This document shows positions 26,901-40,790 of a stretch of 64,000 nt of DNA, piece after piece; within the stretch, counting starts at the first letter, position 1; every line of letters starts with the position of its first letter. The stretch lies in contig OZ059899.1 of assembly GCA_964057225.1 (NCBI GenBank), forward strand, positions 20,832,001 to 20,896,000. The letters run 5' to 3'. The position numbers and the translations under genes were made by a program. This DNA is from Auanema rhodensis. Taxonomy: Eukaryota > Animalia > Nematoda. The notes under the pieces were generated by a model, which was given only the letters and a program-made list of their open reading frames with translations, ran no database searches and was not told the origin of the DNA.

Positions 26901-27670
26901 AAAATGATGCATTAGTGTATGTTGAGTTTCCATGTACACTCAACATTGCTTCCAAAAACATTTTGATAAAAATTTTTCCGAAAAATTTCAAAATAATTTC
27001 GCGAAAAGTAGATGTTTTTAGATTCCTTTTTTCAAGGCAAAGACGATGGACAATGTTATTCAACGAAAAAATTAATTCTCCAGGGTGAAAATCGAGGATA
27101 TAAGTGTGAACTTATATCAGTTGATATCTCGGTGCATTTTTAAGCTAGCGCAAATCTGATAATACAGATCGACGCAGCTTAAAAATCCGCATCGAATGCA
27201 CTATACAACATTGAGAAACGCTTAATACAAAAATTAGTTATGATCGTTTGAAAAATGATGCATTAGTGTATGTTGAGTTTCCATGTACACTCAACATTGC
27301 TTCCAAAAACATTTTGACAAAAATTTTTCCGAAAAATTTCAAAATAATTTCGCGAAAAGTAGATGTTTTTAGATTCCTTTTTTCAAGGCAAAGACGATGG
27401 ACAATGTTATTCAACGAAAAAATTATTTCTGCAGGGTGAAAATCGAGGATATAAGTGTGAACTTATATCAGTTGATATCTCGGTGCATTTTTAAGCTAGC
27501 GCAAATCTGATAATACAGATCGACGCAGCTTAAAAATCCGCATCGAATGCACTATACAACATTGAGAAACGCTTAATACAAAAATTAGTTATGATCGTTT
27601 GAAAAATGATGCATTAGTGTATGTTGAGTTTCCATGTACACTCAACATTGCTTCCAAAAACATTTTGACA

Positions 27671-30600
27671 AAAATTTTCCCTAAAAATTTCAAAATAATT
27701 TCACAAAAAGTAGATGTTTTTAGATTCCTTTTTTCAAGGCGAAGACGATGGACAATGTTATTCAACGAAAAAATCAATTTTTCAGGGTGAAAATCGAGGA
27801 TATAAGTGTGAACTTATATCAGTTGATATCTCGGTGCATTTTTAAGCTAGCGCAAATCTGATAACACAGATCGACGCAGCTTAAAAATCCGCATCGAATG
27901 CACTATATTACATTGAGAAACCCTCAATACAAAAATTAGTCATGATCGTTTGAAAAATGATGCATTAGTGTATGTTGAGTTTCCATGTACACTCAACATT
28001 GCTTTCAAAAACATTTTGACAAAAATTTTGCCTAAAAATTTCGAAATAATTTCACAAAAAGTAGTTGTTTTTAGATTCCTTTTTTCAAGGCAAAGATGAT
28101 GGACAATGTTATTCAACGAAAAAATTAATTCTTCAGGGTGAAAATCGAGGATATAAGTGTGAACTTATATCAGTTGATATCTCGGTTCATTTTTAAGCTA
28201 GTGCAAATCTGATAACACAGATCGACGCAGCTTAAAAATCCGCATCGAGTGCATTATACTACATTGAGAAACGCTCAATACAAAAATTATTTATGATTGT
28301 TTGAAAAATGATGCATTAGTGTATGTTGAGTTTCCATGTACACTCAACATTGCTTTCAAAAACATTTTGACAAAAATTTTGCCTAAAAATTTCAAAATAA
28401 TTTCACAAAAAGTAGATGTTTTTAGATTCCTGTTCAAGGCAAAAACGATGGACAATGTTATTCAACGAAAAAATTAATTCTTCAGGGTGAAAATCGAGAT
28501 TATAAGTGTGAACTTATATCAGTTGATATCTCGGTGCATTTTTAAGCTAGCGCAAATCTGATAACACAGATCGACGCAGCTTAAAAATCCGCATCGAATG
28601 CACTATAATACATTGAGAAACCCTCAATACAAAAATTAGTTATGATCGTTTAGAAAATGATGTATTAGTGTATGTTGAGTTTCCATGTACACTCAACATT
28701 GCTTCCAAAAACATTTTGACAAAAAGTTTCCCTGAAAATTTCAAAATAATTTCACAAAAAGTAGATGTTTTTAGTTTCCTTTTTTCAAGGCAAAGACGAT
28801 GGACAATGTTATTCAACGAAAAAATCAATTTTTCAGGGTGAAAATCGAGGATATAAGTGTGAACTTATATCAGTTGATATCTCGGTGCTTTTTTAAGCTA
28901 GCGCAAATCTGATAACACAGATCGACGCAGCTTAAAAATCCGCATCGAATGCACTTTACTACATTGAGAAACCCTCAATACAAAAATTAGTTATGATCGT
29001 TTAAAAAATGATGTATTAGTGTATGTTGAGTTTCCATGTACACTCAACATTGCTTTCAAAAACATTTTGACAAAAATTTTACCTAAAAATTTCGAAACAA
29101 TTTCACAAAAAGTAGTTGTTTTTAGATTCCCTTTTTCAAGGCAAAGACGATGGACAATGTTATTCAACGAAAAAATCAATTTTTCAGGGTGAAAATCGAG
29201 GATATAAGTGTGAACTTATATCAGTTGATGTCTCGGTGCTTTTTTAAGCTAGCGCAAATCTGATAACACAGATCGACGCAGCTTAAAAATCCGCATCGAA
29301 TGCACTATACTAAATGAGAAACCCTCAATACAAAAATTAGTTATGATCGTTTAAAAAATGATGTATTAGTGTATGTTGAGTTTCCATGTACACTCAACAT
29401 TGCTTCCAAAAACATTTTGACAAAAATTTTCCCTAAAAATTTCAAAATAATTTCACAAAAAGTAGTTGTTTTTAGATTTCTTTTTTCAAGGCAAAGACGA
29501 TGGACAATGTTATTCAACGAAAAAATCAATTTTTCAGGGTGAAAATCGAGGATATAAGTGTGAACTTATATCAGTTGATATCTCGGTTCATTTTTAAGCT
29601 AGTGCAAATCTGATAACACAGATCGACGCAGCTTAAAAATCCGCATCGAGTGCATTATACTACATTGAGAAACGCTCAATACAAAAATTAGTTATGATCG
29701 TTTGAAAAATGATGCATTAGTGTATGTTGAGTTTCCATGTACACTCAACATTGCTTCCAAAAACATTTTGACAAAAAGTTTCCCTGAAAATTTCAAAATA
29801 ATTTCACAAAAAGTAGATGTTTTTAGATTCCTTTTTTCAAGGCAAAGACGATGGACAATGTTATTCAACGAAAAAATCAATTTTTCAGGGTGAAAATCGA
29901 GGATATAAGTGTGAACTTATATCAGTTGATATCTCGGTGCTTTTTTAAGCTAGCGCAAATCTGATAACACAGATCGACGCAGCTTAAAAATCCGCATCGA
30001 ATGCACTATACTACATTGAGAAACCCTCAATACAAAAATTAGTTATGATCGTTTAAAAAATGATGTATTAGTGTATGTTGAGTTTCCATGTACACTCAAC
30101 ATTGCTTTCAAAAACATTTTGACAAAAATTTTACCTAAAAATTTCGAAACAATTTCACAAAAAGTAGTTGTTTTTAGATTCCCTTTTTCAAGGCAAAGAC
30201 GATGGACAATGTTATTCAACGAAAAAATCAATTTTTCAGGGTGAAAATCGAGGATATAAGTGTGAACTTATATCAGTTGATGTCTCGGTGCTTTTTTAAG
30301 CTAGCGCAAATCTGATAACACAGATCGACGCAGCTTAAAAATCCGCATCGAATGCACTATACTACATTGAGAAACCCTCAATACAAAAATTAGTTATGAT
30401 CGTTTAAAAAATGATGTATTAGTGTATGTTGAGTTTCCATGTACACTCAACATTGCTTCCAAAAACATTTTGACAAAAATTTTCCCTAAAAATTTCAAAA
30501 TAATTTCACAAAAAGTAGTTGTTTTTAGATTTCTTTTTTCAAGGCAAAGACGATGGACAATGTTATTCAACGAAAAAATCAATTTTTCAGGGTGAAAATC

Positions 30601-33600
30601 GAGGATATAAGTGTGAACTTATATCAGTTGATATCTCGGTTCATTTTTAAGCTAGTGCAAATCTGATAACACAGATCGACGCAGCTTAAAAATCCGCATC
30701 GAGTGCATTATACTACATTGAGAAACGCTCAATACAAAAATTAGTTATGATCGTTTGAAAAATGATGCATTAGTGTATGTTGAGTTTCCATGTACACTCA
30801 ACATTGCTTCCAAAAACATTTTGACAAAAAGTTTCCCTGAAAATTTCAAAATAATTTCACAAAAAGTAGATGTTTTTAGATTCCTTTTTTCAAGGCAAAG
30901 ACGATGGACAATGTTATTCAACGAAAAAATCAATTTTTCAGGGTGAAAATCGAGGATATAAGTGTGAACTTATATCAGTTGATGTCTCGGTGCTTTTTTA
31001 AGCTAGCGCAAATCTGATAACACAGATCGACGCAGCTTAAAAATCCGCATCGAATGCACTATACTACATTGAGAAACCCTCAATACAAAAATTAGTTATG
31101 ATCGTTTAAAAAATGATGTATTAGTGTATGTTGAGTTTCCATGTACACTCAACATTGCTTCCAAAAACATTTTGACAAAAATTTTCCCTAAAAATTTCAA
31201 AATAATTTCACAAAAAGTAGTTGTTTTTAGATTTCTTTTTTCAAGGCAAAGACGATGGACAATGTTATTCAACGAAAAAATCAATTTTTCAGGGTGAAAA
31301 TCGAGGATATAAGTGTGAACTTATATCAGTTGATATCTCGGTTCATTTTTAAGCTAGTGCAAATCTGATAACACAGATCGACGCAGCTTAAAAATCCGCA
31401 TCGAGTGCATTATACTACATTGAGAAACGCTCAATACAAAAATTAGTTATGATCGTTTGAAAAATGATGCATTAGTGTATGTTGAGTTTCCATGTACACT
31501 CAACATTGCTTCCAAAAACATTTTGACAAAAAGTTTCCCTGAAAATTTCAAAATAATTTCACAAAAAGTAGATGTTTTTAGATTCCTTTTTTCAAGGCAA
31601 AGACGATGGACAATGTTATTCAACGAAAAAATCAATTTTTCAGGGTGAAAATCGAGGATATAAGTGTGAACTTATATCAGTTGATATCTCGGTGCTTTTT
31701 TAAGCTAGCGCAAATCTGATAACACAGATCGACGCAGCTTAAAAATCCGCATCGAATGCACTATACTACATTGAGAAACCCTCAATACAAAAATTAGTTA
31801 TGATCGTTTAAAAAATGATGTATTAGTGTATGTTGAGTTTCCATGTACACTCAACATTGCTTCCAAAAACATTTTGACAAAAATTTTCCCTAAAAATTTC
31901 AAAATAATTTCACAAAAAGTAGATGTTTTTAGATTCCTTTTTTCAAGGCGAAGACGATGGACAATGTTATTCAACAAAAAAATTAATTCTTCAGGGTGAA
32001 AATCGAGGATATATGTGTTAACTTATTTCAGTTGATATCTCGGTGCATTTTTAAGCTAGCGCAAATCTGATAACACAGATCGACGCAGCTTAAAAATCCG
32101 ATTCGAATGCACTATACTACATTGAGAAACGCTTGATACAAAAATTAGTTATGATCGTTTGAAAAATGATGCATTAGTGTATGTTGAGTTTCCATGTACA
32201 CTCAACATTGCTTCCAAAAAAATTTTGACAAAAATTTTCCCTAAAAATTTCGAAATAATTTCACAAAAAGTAGTTGTTTTTAGATTCCTTTTTTCAAGGC
32301 AAAGACGATGGACAATGTTATTCAACGAAAAAATCAATTTTTCAGGGTGAAAATCGAGGATATAAGTGTGAACTTATATCAGTTGATATCTCGGTGCATT
32401 TTTAAGCTAGTGCAAATCTGATAACACAGATCGACGCAGCTTAAAAATCCGCATCGAGTGCATTATACTACATTGAGAAACGCTCAATACAAAAATTAGT
32501 TATGATCGTTTGAAAAATGATGCATTAGTGTATGTTGAGTTTCCATGTACACTCAACATTGCTTCCAAAAACATTTTGACAAAAAGTTTCCCTGAAAATT
32601 TCAAAATAATTTCACAAAAAGTAGATGTTTTTAGATTCCTTTTTTCAAGGCAAAGACGATGGACAATGTTATTCAACGAAAAAATCAATTTTTCAGGGTG
32701 AAAATCGAGGATATAAGTGTGAACTTATATCAGTTGATATCTCGGTGCTTTTTTAAGCTAGCGCAAATCTGATAACACAGATCGACGCAGCTTAAAAATC
32801 CGCATCGAATGCACTATACTACATTGAGAAACCCTCAATACAAAAATTAGTTATGATCGTTTAAAAAATGATGTATTAGTGTATGTTGAGTTTCCATGTA
32901 CACTCAACATTGCTTCCAAAAACATTTTGACAAAAATTTTTCCTAAAAATTTCAAAATAATTTCACAAAAAGTAGATGTTTTTTGATTCCTTTTTTCAAG
33001 GCGAAGACGATGGACAATGTTATTCAACAAAAAAATTAATTCTTCAGGGTGAAAATCGAGGATATATGTGTTAACTTATTTCAGTTGATATCTCGGTGCA
33101 TTTTTAAGCTAGCGCAAATCTGATAACACAGATCGACGCAGCTTAAAAATCCGATTCGAATGCATTATACTACATTGAGAAACGCTTGATACAAAAATTA
33201 GTTATGATCGTTTGAAAAATGATGCATTAGTGTATGTTGAGTTTCCATGTACACTCAACATTGCTTCCAAAAACATTTTGACAAAAATTTACCCTAAAAA
33301 TTTCAAAATAATTTTACAAAAAGTAGATGTTTTTAGATTCCTTTTTTCAAGGTGAAGACGATATACAATGTTATTCAACAAAAAAATTAATTCTTCAGGG
33401 TGAAAATCGAGATTATAAGTGTGAACTTATATCAGTTGATATCTCGGTGCATTTTTAAGATAGCGCAAATCTGATAACATAGATCGACGCAGCTTAAAAA
33501 TCCGCATCGAATACTTTATACAACATTGAGAAACGCTTAATACAAAAATTAGTTATGATCGTTTGAAAAATGATGCATTAGTGTATGTTGAGTTTCCATG

Positions 33601-36600
33601 TACACTCAACATTGCTTCCAAAAAAATTTTGACAAAAATTTTCCCTAAAAATTTCGAAATAATTTCACAAAAAGTAGTTGTTTTTAGATTCCTTTTTTCA
33701 AGGCGAAGACGATGGACAATGTTATTCAACGAAAAAATTAATTCTCCAGGGTGAAAATCGAGGATATAAGTGTAAACTTATATCAGTTGATATCTCGGTG
33801 CATTTTTAAGCTAGCGCAAATCTGATAACACAGATCGACGCAGCTTAAAAATCCGCATCGAATGCACTATACTACATTGAAAAACGCCTAATACAAAAAT
33901 TAGTTATGATCGTTTGAAAAATGATGCATTAGTGTATGTTGAGTTTCCATGTACACTCAACATTGCTTCCAAAAACATTTTGACAAAAATTTTCCCTGAA
34001 AATTTCAAAATAATTTCACAAAAAGTAGTTGTTTTTAGATTTCTTTTTTCAAGGCAAAGACGATGGACAATGTTATTCAACGAAAAAATCAATTTTTCAG
34101 GGTGAAAATCGAGGATATAAGTGTGAACTTATATCAGTTGATATCTCGGTGCATTTTTAAGCTAGCGCAAATCTGATAACACAGATCGACGCAGCTTAAA
34201 AATCCGCATCGAATGCACTATACTACATTGAGAAACCCTCAATACAAAAATTAGTCATGATCGTTTGAAAAATGATGCATTAGTGTATGTTGAGTTTCCA
34301 TGTACACTCAACATTGCTTCCAAAAACATTTTGACCAAAATTTTCCCTAAAAATTTCATAATAATTTCACAAAAAGTAGATGTTTTTAGATTCCTTTTTT
34401 CAAGGCGAAGACGATGGACAATGTTATTCAACGAAAAAATTAATTCTCCAGGGTGAAAATCGAGGATATAAGTGTAAACTTATATCAGTTGATATCTCGG
34501 TGCATTTTTAAGCTAGCGCAAATCTGATAACACAGATCGACGCAGCTTAAAAATCCGCATCGAATGCACTATACTACATTGAAAAACGCTTAATACAAAA
34601 ATTAGTTATGATCGTTTGAAAAATGATGCATTAGTGTATGTTGAGTTTCCATGTACACTCAACATTGCTTCCAAAAACATTTTGACAAAAATTTTCCCTG
34701 AAAATTTCAAAATAATTTCACGAAAAGTAGTTGTTTTTAGATTTCTTTTTTCAAGGCAAAGACGATGGACAATGTTATTCAACGAAAAAATCAATTTTTC
34801 AGGGTGAAAATCGAGGATATAAGTGTGAACTTATATCAGTTGATATCTCGGTTCATTTTTAAGCTAGTGCAAATCTGATAACACAGATCGACGCAGCTTA
34901 AAAATCCGCATCGAGTGCATTATACTACATTGAGAAACGTTCAATACAAAAATTAGTTATGATCGTTTGAAAAATGATGCATTAGTGTATGTTGAGTTTC
35001 CATGTACACTCAACATTGCTTCCAAAAACATTTTGACAAAAAGTTTCAATGAAAATTTCAAAATAATTTCACAAAAAGTAGATGTTTTTAGATTCCTTTT
35101 TTCAAGGCAAAGACGATGGACAATGTTATTCAACGAAAAAATCAATTTTTCAGGGTGAAAATCGAGGATATAAGTGTGAACTTATATCAGTTGATATCTC
35201 GGTGCTTTTTTAAGCTAGCGCAAATCTGATAACACAGATCGACGCAGCTTAAAAATCCGCATCGAATGCACTATACTACATTGAGAAACCCTCAATACAA
35301 AAATTAGTTATGATCGTTTAAAAAATGATGTATTAGTGTATGTTGAGTTTCCATGTACACTCAACATTGCTTCCAAAAACATTTTGACAAAAATTTTCCC
35401 TAAAAATTTCAAAATAATTTCACAAAAAGTAGTTGTTTTTAGATTTCTTTTTTCAAGGCAAAGACGATGGACAATGTTATTCAACGAAAAAATCAATTTT
35501 TCAGGGTGAAAATCGAGGATATAAGTGTGAACTTATATCAGTTGATATCTCGGTGCATTTTTAAGCTAGCGCAAATCTGATAACACAGATCGACGCAGCT
35601 TAAAAATCCGCATCGAATGCACTATACTACATTGAGAAACCCTCAATACAAAAATTAGTCATGATCGTTTGAAAAATGATGCATTAGTGTATGTTGAGTT
35701 TCCATGTACACTCAACATTGCTTCCAAAAACATTTTGACCAAAATTTTCCCTGAAAATTTCATAATAATTTCACAAAAAGTAGATGTTTTTAGATTCCTT
35801 TTTTCAAGGCGAAGACGATGGACAATGTTATTCAACGAAAAAATTAATTCTCCAGGGTGAAAATCGAGGATATAAGTGTAAACTTATATCAGTTGATATC
35901 TCGGTGCATTTTTAAGCTAGCGCAAATCTGATAACACAGATCGACGCAGCTTAAAAATCCGCATCGAATGCACTATACTACATTGAAAAACGCTTAATAC
36001 AAAAATTAGTTATGATCGTTTGAAAAATGATGCATTAGTGTATGTTGAGTTTCCATGTACACTCAACATTGCTTCCAAAAACATTTTGACAAAAATTTTC
36101 CCTGAAAATTTCAAAATAATTTCACGAAAAGTAGTTGTTTTTAGATTTCTTTTTTCAAGGCAAAGACGATGGACAATGTTATTCAACGAAAAAATCAATT
36201 TTTCAGGGTGAAAATCGAGGATATAAGTGTGAACTTATATCAGTTGATATCTCGGTGCATTTTTAAGCTAGCGCAAATCTGATAACACAGATCGACGCAG
36301 CTTAAAAATCCGCATCGAGTGCATTATACTACATTGAGAAACGTTCAATACAAAAATTAGTTATGATCGTTTGAAAAATGATGCATTAGTGTATGTTGAG
36401 TTTCCATGTACACTCAACATTGCTTCCAAAAACATTTTGACAAAAAGTTTCAATGAAAATTTCAAAATAATTTCACAAAAAGTAGATGTTTTTAGATTCC
36501 TTTTTTCAAGGCAAAGACGATGGACAATGTTATTCAACGAAAAAATCAATTTTTCAGGGTGAAAATCGAGGATATAAGTGTGAACTTATATCAGTTGATA

Positions 36601-37430
36601 TCTCGGTGCTTTTTTAAGCTAGCGCAAATCTGATAACACAGATCGACGCAGCTTAAAAATCCGCATCGAATGCACTATACTACATTGAGAAACCCTCAAT
36701 ACAAAAATTAGTTATGATCGTTTAAAAAATGATGTATTAGTGTATGTTGAGTTTCCATGTACACTCAACATTGCTTCCAAAAACATTTTGACAAAAATTT
36801 TCCCTAAAAATTTCAAAATAATTTCACAAAAAGTAGATGTTTTTAGATTCCTTTTTTCAAGGCGAAGACGATGGACAATGTTATTCAACAAAAAAATTAA
36901 TTCTTCAGGGTGAAAATCGAAGATATAAGTGTGAACTTATATCAGTTGATATCTCGGTGCTTTTTTAAGCTAGCGCAAATCTGATAACACAGATCGACGC
37001 AACTTAAAAATCCGCATCGAATGCACTATACTACATTGAGAAACGCTTAATACAAAAATTAGTTATGATCGTTTAAAAAATATTGTATTAGTGTATGTTG
37101 AGTTTCCATGTACACTCAACATTGCTTCCAAAAACATTTTGACAAAAATTTTCCCTAAAAATTTCGAAATAATTTCATAAAAAGTAGATGTTTTTAGATT
37201 CCTTTTTTCAAGGCAAAGACGATGGACAATGTTATTCAACAAAAAAATTAATTCTTCAGGGTGAAAATCGAAGATATAAGTGTGAACTTATATCAGTTGA
37301 TATCTCGGTGCTTTTTTAAGCTAGCGCAAATCTGATAACACAGATCGACGCAGCTTAAAAATCCGCATCGAATGCACTATACTACATTGAGAAACGCTTA
37401 ATACAAAAATTAGTTATGATCGTTTGAAAA
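27671..37430 (+). repeat. Subfamily domain B (~27 monomers)
   Basis: Diagnostic variants are TTTTCCCTAAAA/CCCTGAAAA, TTTCACAAAAAG, ATCAATTTTTCAGGG, AAACCCTCAAT, GTTTAAAAAATGATGTATT and GGTGCTTTTTT. The PstI site is lost. B monomers also recur interleaved with C up to ~40,100. Confidence 0.9.
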
Positions 37431-40400
37431 ATGATGCCTTAGTGTATGTTGAGTTTCCATGTACACTCAACATTGCTTCCAAAAACATTTTGACAAAAAT
37501 TTTTTCGAAAAATTTCAAAATAATTTAGCAAAAAGTAGATGTTTTTAGATTTCTTTTTTCAAGGCAAAGACGATGGACAATGTTATTCAACGAAAAAATT
37601 AATTCTTCAGCGTGAAAATCGAGGATATAAGTGTGAACTTATATCAGTTGATATCTCGGTGCATTTTTAAGCTAGCGCAAATCTGATAACACAGATCGAC
37701 GCAGCTTAAAAATCCGCATCGAATGCACTATATTACATTGAGAAACGCTTGATACAATAATTAGTTATGATCGTTTGAAAAATGATGCATTAGTGTATGT
37801 TGAGTTTCCATGTACACTCAACATTGCTTCCAAAAACATTTTGACAAAAATTTTTTCGAAAAATTTCAAAATAATTTAGCAAAAAGTAGATGTTTTTAGA
37901 TTCCTTTTTTCAAGGCAAAGACGATGGACAATGTTATTCAACGAAAAAATTAATTCTTCAGGGTGAAAATCGAGGATATAAGTGTGAACTTATATCAGTT
38001 GATATCTCGGTGCTTTTTTAAGCTAGCGCAAATCTGATAACACAGATCGACGCAGCTTAAAAATCCGCATCGAATGCACTATACTACACTGAGAAACCCT
38101 CAATACAAAAATTAGTTATGATCGTTTAAAAAATGATGTATTAGTGTATGTTGAGTTTCCATGTACACTCAACATTGCTTCCAAAAACATTTTGACAAAA
38201 ATTTTCCCTAAAAATTTCAAAATAATTTCACAAAAAGTAGATGTTTTTAGATTCCTTTTTTCAAGGCGAAGACGATGGACAATGTTATTCAACAAAAAAA
38301 TTAATTCTTCAGGGTGAAAATCGAAGATATAAGTGTGAACTTATATCAGTTGATATCTCGGTGCTTTTTTAAGCTAGCGCAAATCTGATAACACAGATCG
38401 ACGCAGCTTAAAAATCCGCATCGAATGCACTATACTACATTGAGAAACCCTCAATACAAAAATTAGTTATGATCGTTTAAAAAATATTGTATTAGTGTAT
38501 GTTGAGTTTCCATGTACACTCAACATTGCTTCCAAAAACATTTTGACAAAAATTTTCCCTAAAAATTTCGAAATAATTTCATAAAAAGTAGATGTTTTTA
38601 GATTCCTTTTTTCAAGGCGAAGACGATGGACAATGTTATTCAACTAAAAAATTAATTCTTCAGGGTGAAAATCGAGGATATAAGTGTGAACTTATATCAG
38701 TTGATATCTCGGTGCTTTTTTAAGCTAGCGCAAATCTGATAACACAGATCGACGCAGCTTAAAAATCCGCATCGAATGCACTATACTACATTGAGAAACG
38801 CTTAATACAAAAATTAGTTATGATCGTTTGAAAAATGATGCCTTAGTGTATGTTGAGTTTCCATGTACACTCAACATTGCTTCCAAAAACATTTTGACAA
38901 AAATTTTTTCGAAAAATTTCAAAATAATTTAGCAAAAAGTAGATGTTTTTAGATTTCTTTTTTCAAGGCAAAGACGATGGACAATGTTATTCAACGAAAA
39001 AATTAATTCTTCAGCGTGAAAATCGAGGATATAAGTGTGAACTTATATCAGTTGATATCTCGGTGCATTTTTAAGCTAGCGCAAATCTGATAACACAGAT
39101 CGACGCAGCTTAAAAATCCGCATCGAATGCACTATATTACATTGAGAAACGCTTGATACAATAATTAGTTATGATCGTTTGAAAAATGATGCATTAGTGT
39201 ATGTTGAGTTTCCATGTACACTCAACATTGCTTCCAAAAACATTTTGACAAAAATTTTTTCGAAAAATTTCAAAATAATTTAGCAAAAAGTAGATGTTTT
39301 TAGATTCCTTTTTTCAAGGCAAAGACGATGGACAATGTTATTCAACGAAAAAATTAATTCTTCAGGGTGAAAATCGAGGATATAAGTGTGAACTTATATC
39401 AGTTGATATCTCGGTGCTTTTTTAAGCTAGCGCAAATCTGATAACACAGATCGACGCAGCTTAAAAATCCGCATCGAATGCACTATACTACATTGAGAAA
39501 CCCTCAATACAAAAATTAGTTATGATCGTTTAAAAAATGATGTATTAGTGTATGTTGAGTTTCCATGTACACTCAACATTGCTTCCAAAAACATTTTGAC
39601 AAAAATTTTCCCTAAAAATTTCAAAATAATTTCACAAAAAGTAGATGTTTTTAGATTCCTTTTTTCAAGGCGAAGACGATGGACAATGTTATTCAACAAA
39701 AAAATTAATTCTTCAGGGTGAAAATCGAAGATATAAGTGTGAACTTATATCAGTTGATATCTCGGTGCTTTTTTAAGCTAGCGCAAATCTGATAACACAG
39801 ATCGACGCAGCTTAAAAATCCGCATCGAATGCACTATACTACATTGAGAAACCCTCAATACAAAAATTAGTTATGATCGTTTAAAAAATATTGTATTAGT
39901 GTATGTTGAGTTTCCATGTACACTCAACATTGCTTCCAAAAACATTTTGACAAAAATTTTCCCTAAAAATTTCGAAATAATTTCATAAAAAGTAGATGTT
40001 TTTAGATTCCTTTTTTCAAGGCGAAGACGATGGACAATGTTATTCAACTAAAAAATTAATTCTTCAGGGTGAAAATCGAGGATATAAGTGTGAACTTATA
40101 TCAGTTGATATCTCGGTGCTTTTTTAAGCTAGCGCAAATCTGATAACACAGATCGACGCAGCTTAAAAATCCGCATCGAATGCACTATACTACATTGAGA
40201 AACGCTTAATACAAAAATTAGTTATGATCGTTTGAAAAATGATGCCTTAGTGTATGTTGAGTTTCCATGTACACTCAACATTGCTTCCAAAAACATTTTG
40301 ACAAAAATTTTTTCGAAAAATTTCAAAATAATTTAGCAAAAAGTAGATGTTTTTAGATTTCTTTTTTCAAGGCAAAGACGATGGACAATGTTATTCAACG

Positions 40401-40790
40401 AAAAAATTAATTCTTCAGCGTGAAAATCGAGGATATAAGTGTGAACTTATATCAGTTGATATCTCGGTGCATTTTTAAGCTAGCGCAAATCTGATAACAC
40501 AGATCGACGCAGCTTAAAAATCCGCATCGAATGCACTATATTACATTGAGAAACGCTTGATACAATAATTAGTTATGATCGTTTGAAAAATGATGCATTA
40601 GTGTATGTTGAGTTTCCATGTACACTCAACATTGCTTCCAAAAACATTTTGACAAAAATTTTTTCGAAAAATTTCAAAATAATTTAGCAAAAAGTAGATG
40701 TTTTTAGATTCCTTTTTTCAAGGCAAAGACGATGGACAATGTTATTCAACGAAAAAATTAATTCTTCAGGGTGAAAATCGAGGATATAAG
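36650..40790 (+). repeat. Chimeric 4-mer higher-order repeat (B-B'-C-C', 1404 bp) x3
   Basis: The private variant TATTGTATTAG sits at 37,081, 38,485 and 39,889, exactly 1404 bp apart. GATGCCTTAG follows in the next monomer each time. Ends are approximate. Confidence 0.9.

Larger units (their letters stand above)
1..27670 (+). repeat. Subfamily domain A (~79 monomers)
   Basis: Diagnostic variants are TTTTTCCGAAAAA, TTTCGCGAAAAG (or AAATTTGCAAAAAG), TCTGCAGGG (PstI site; sometimes TCTCCAGGG) and mostly TATACAACATT. The right boundary is approximate (27,560-27,679). Confidence 0.92.

Noticed and set aside
870-36549. Minus-strand 89-aa and 62-aa ORFs
   Set aside because: They appear only where a single substitution removes a stop or creates an ATG in a subset of monomers, so they are markers of variants and not genes.
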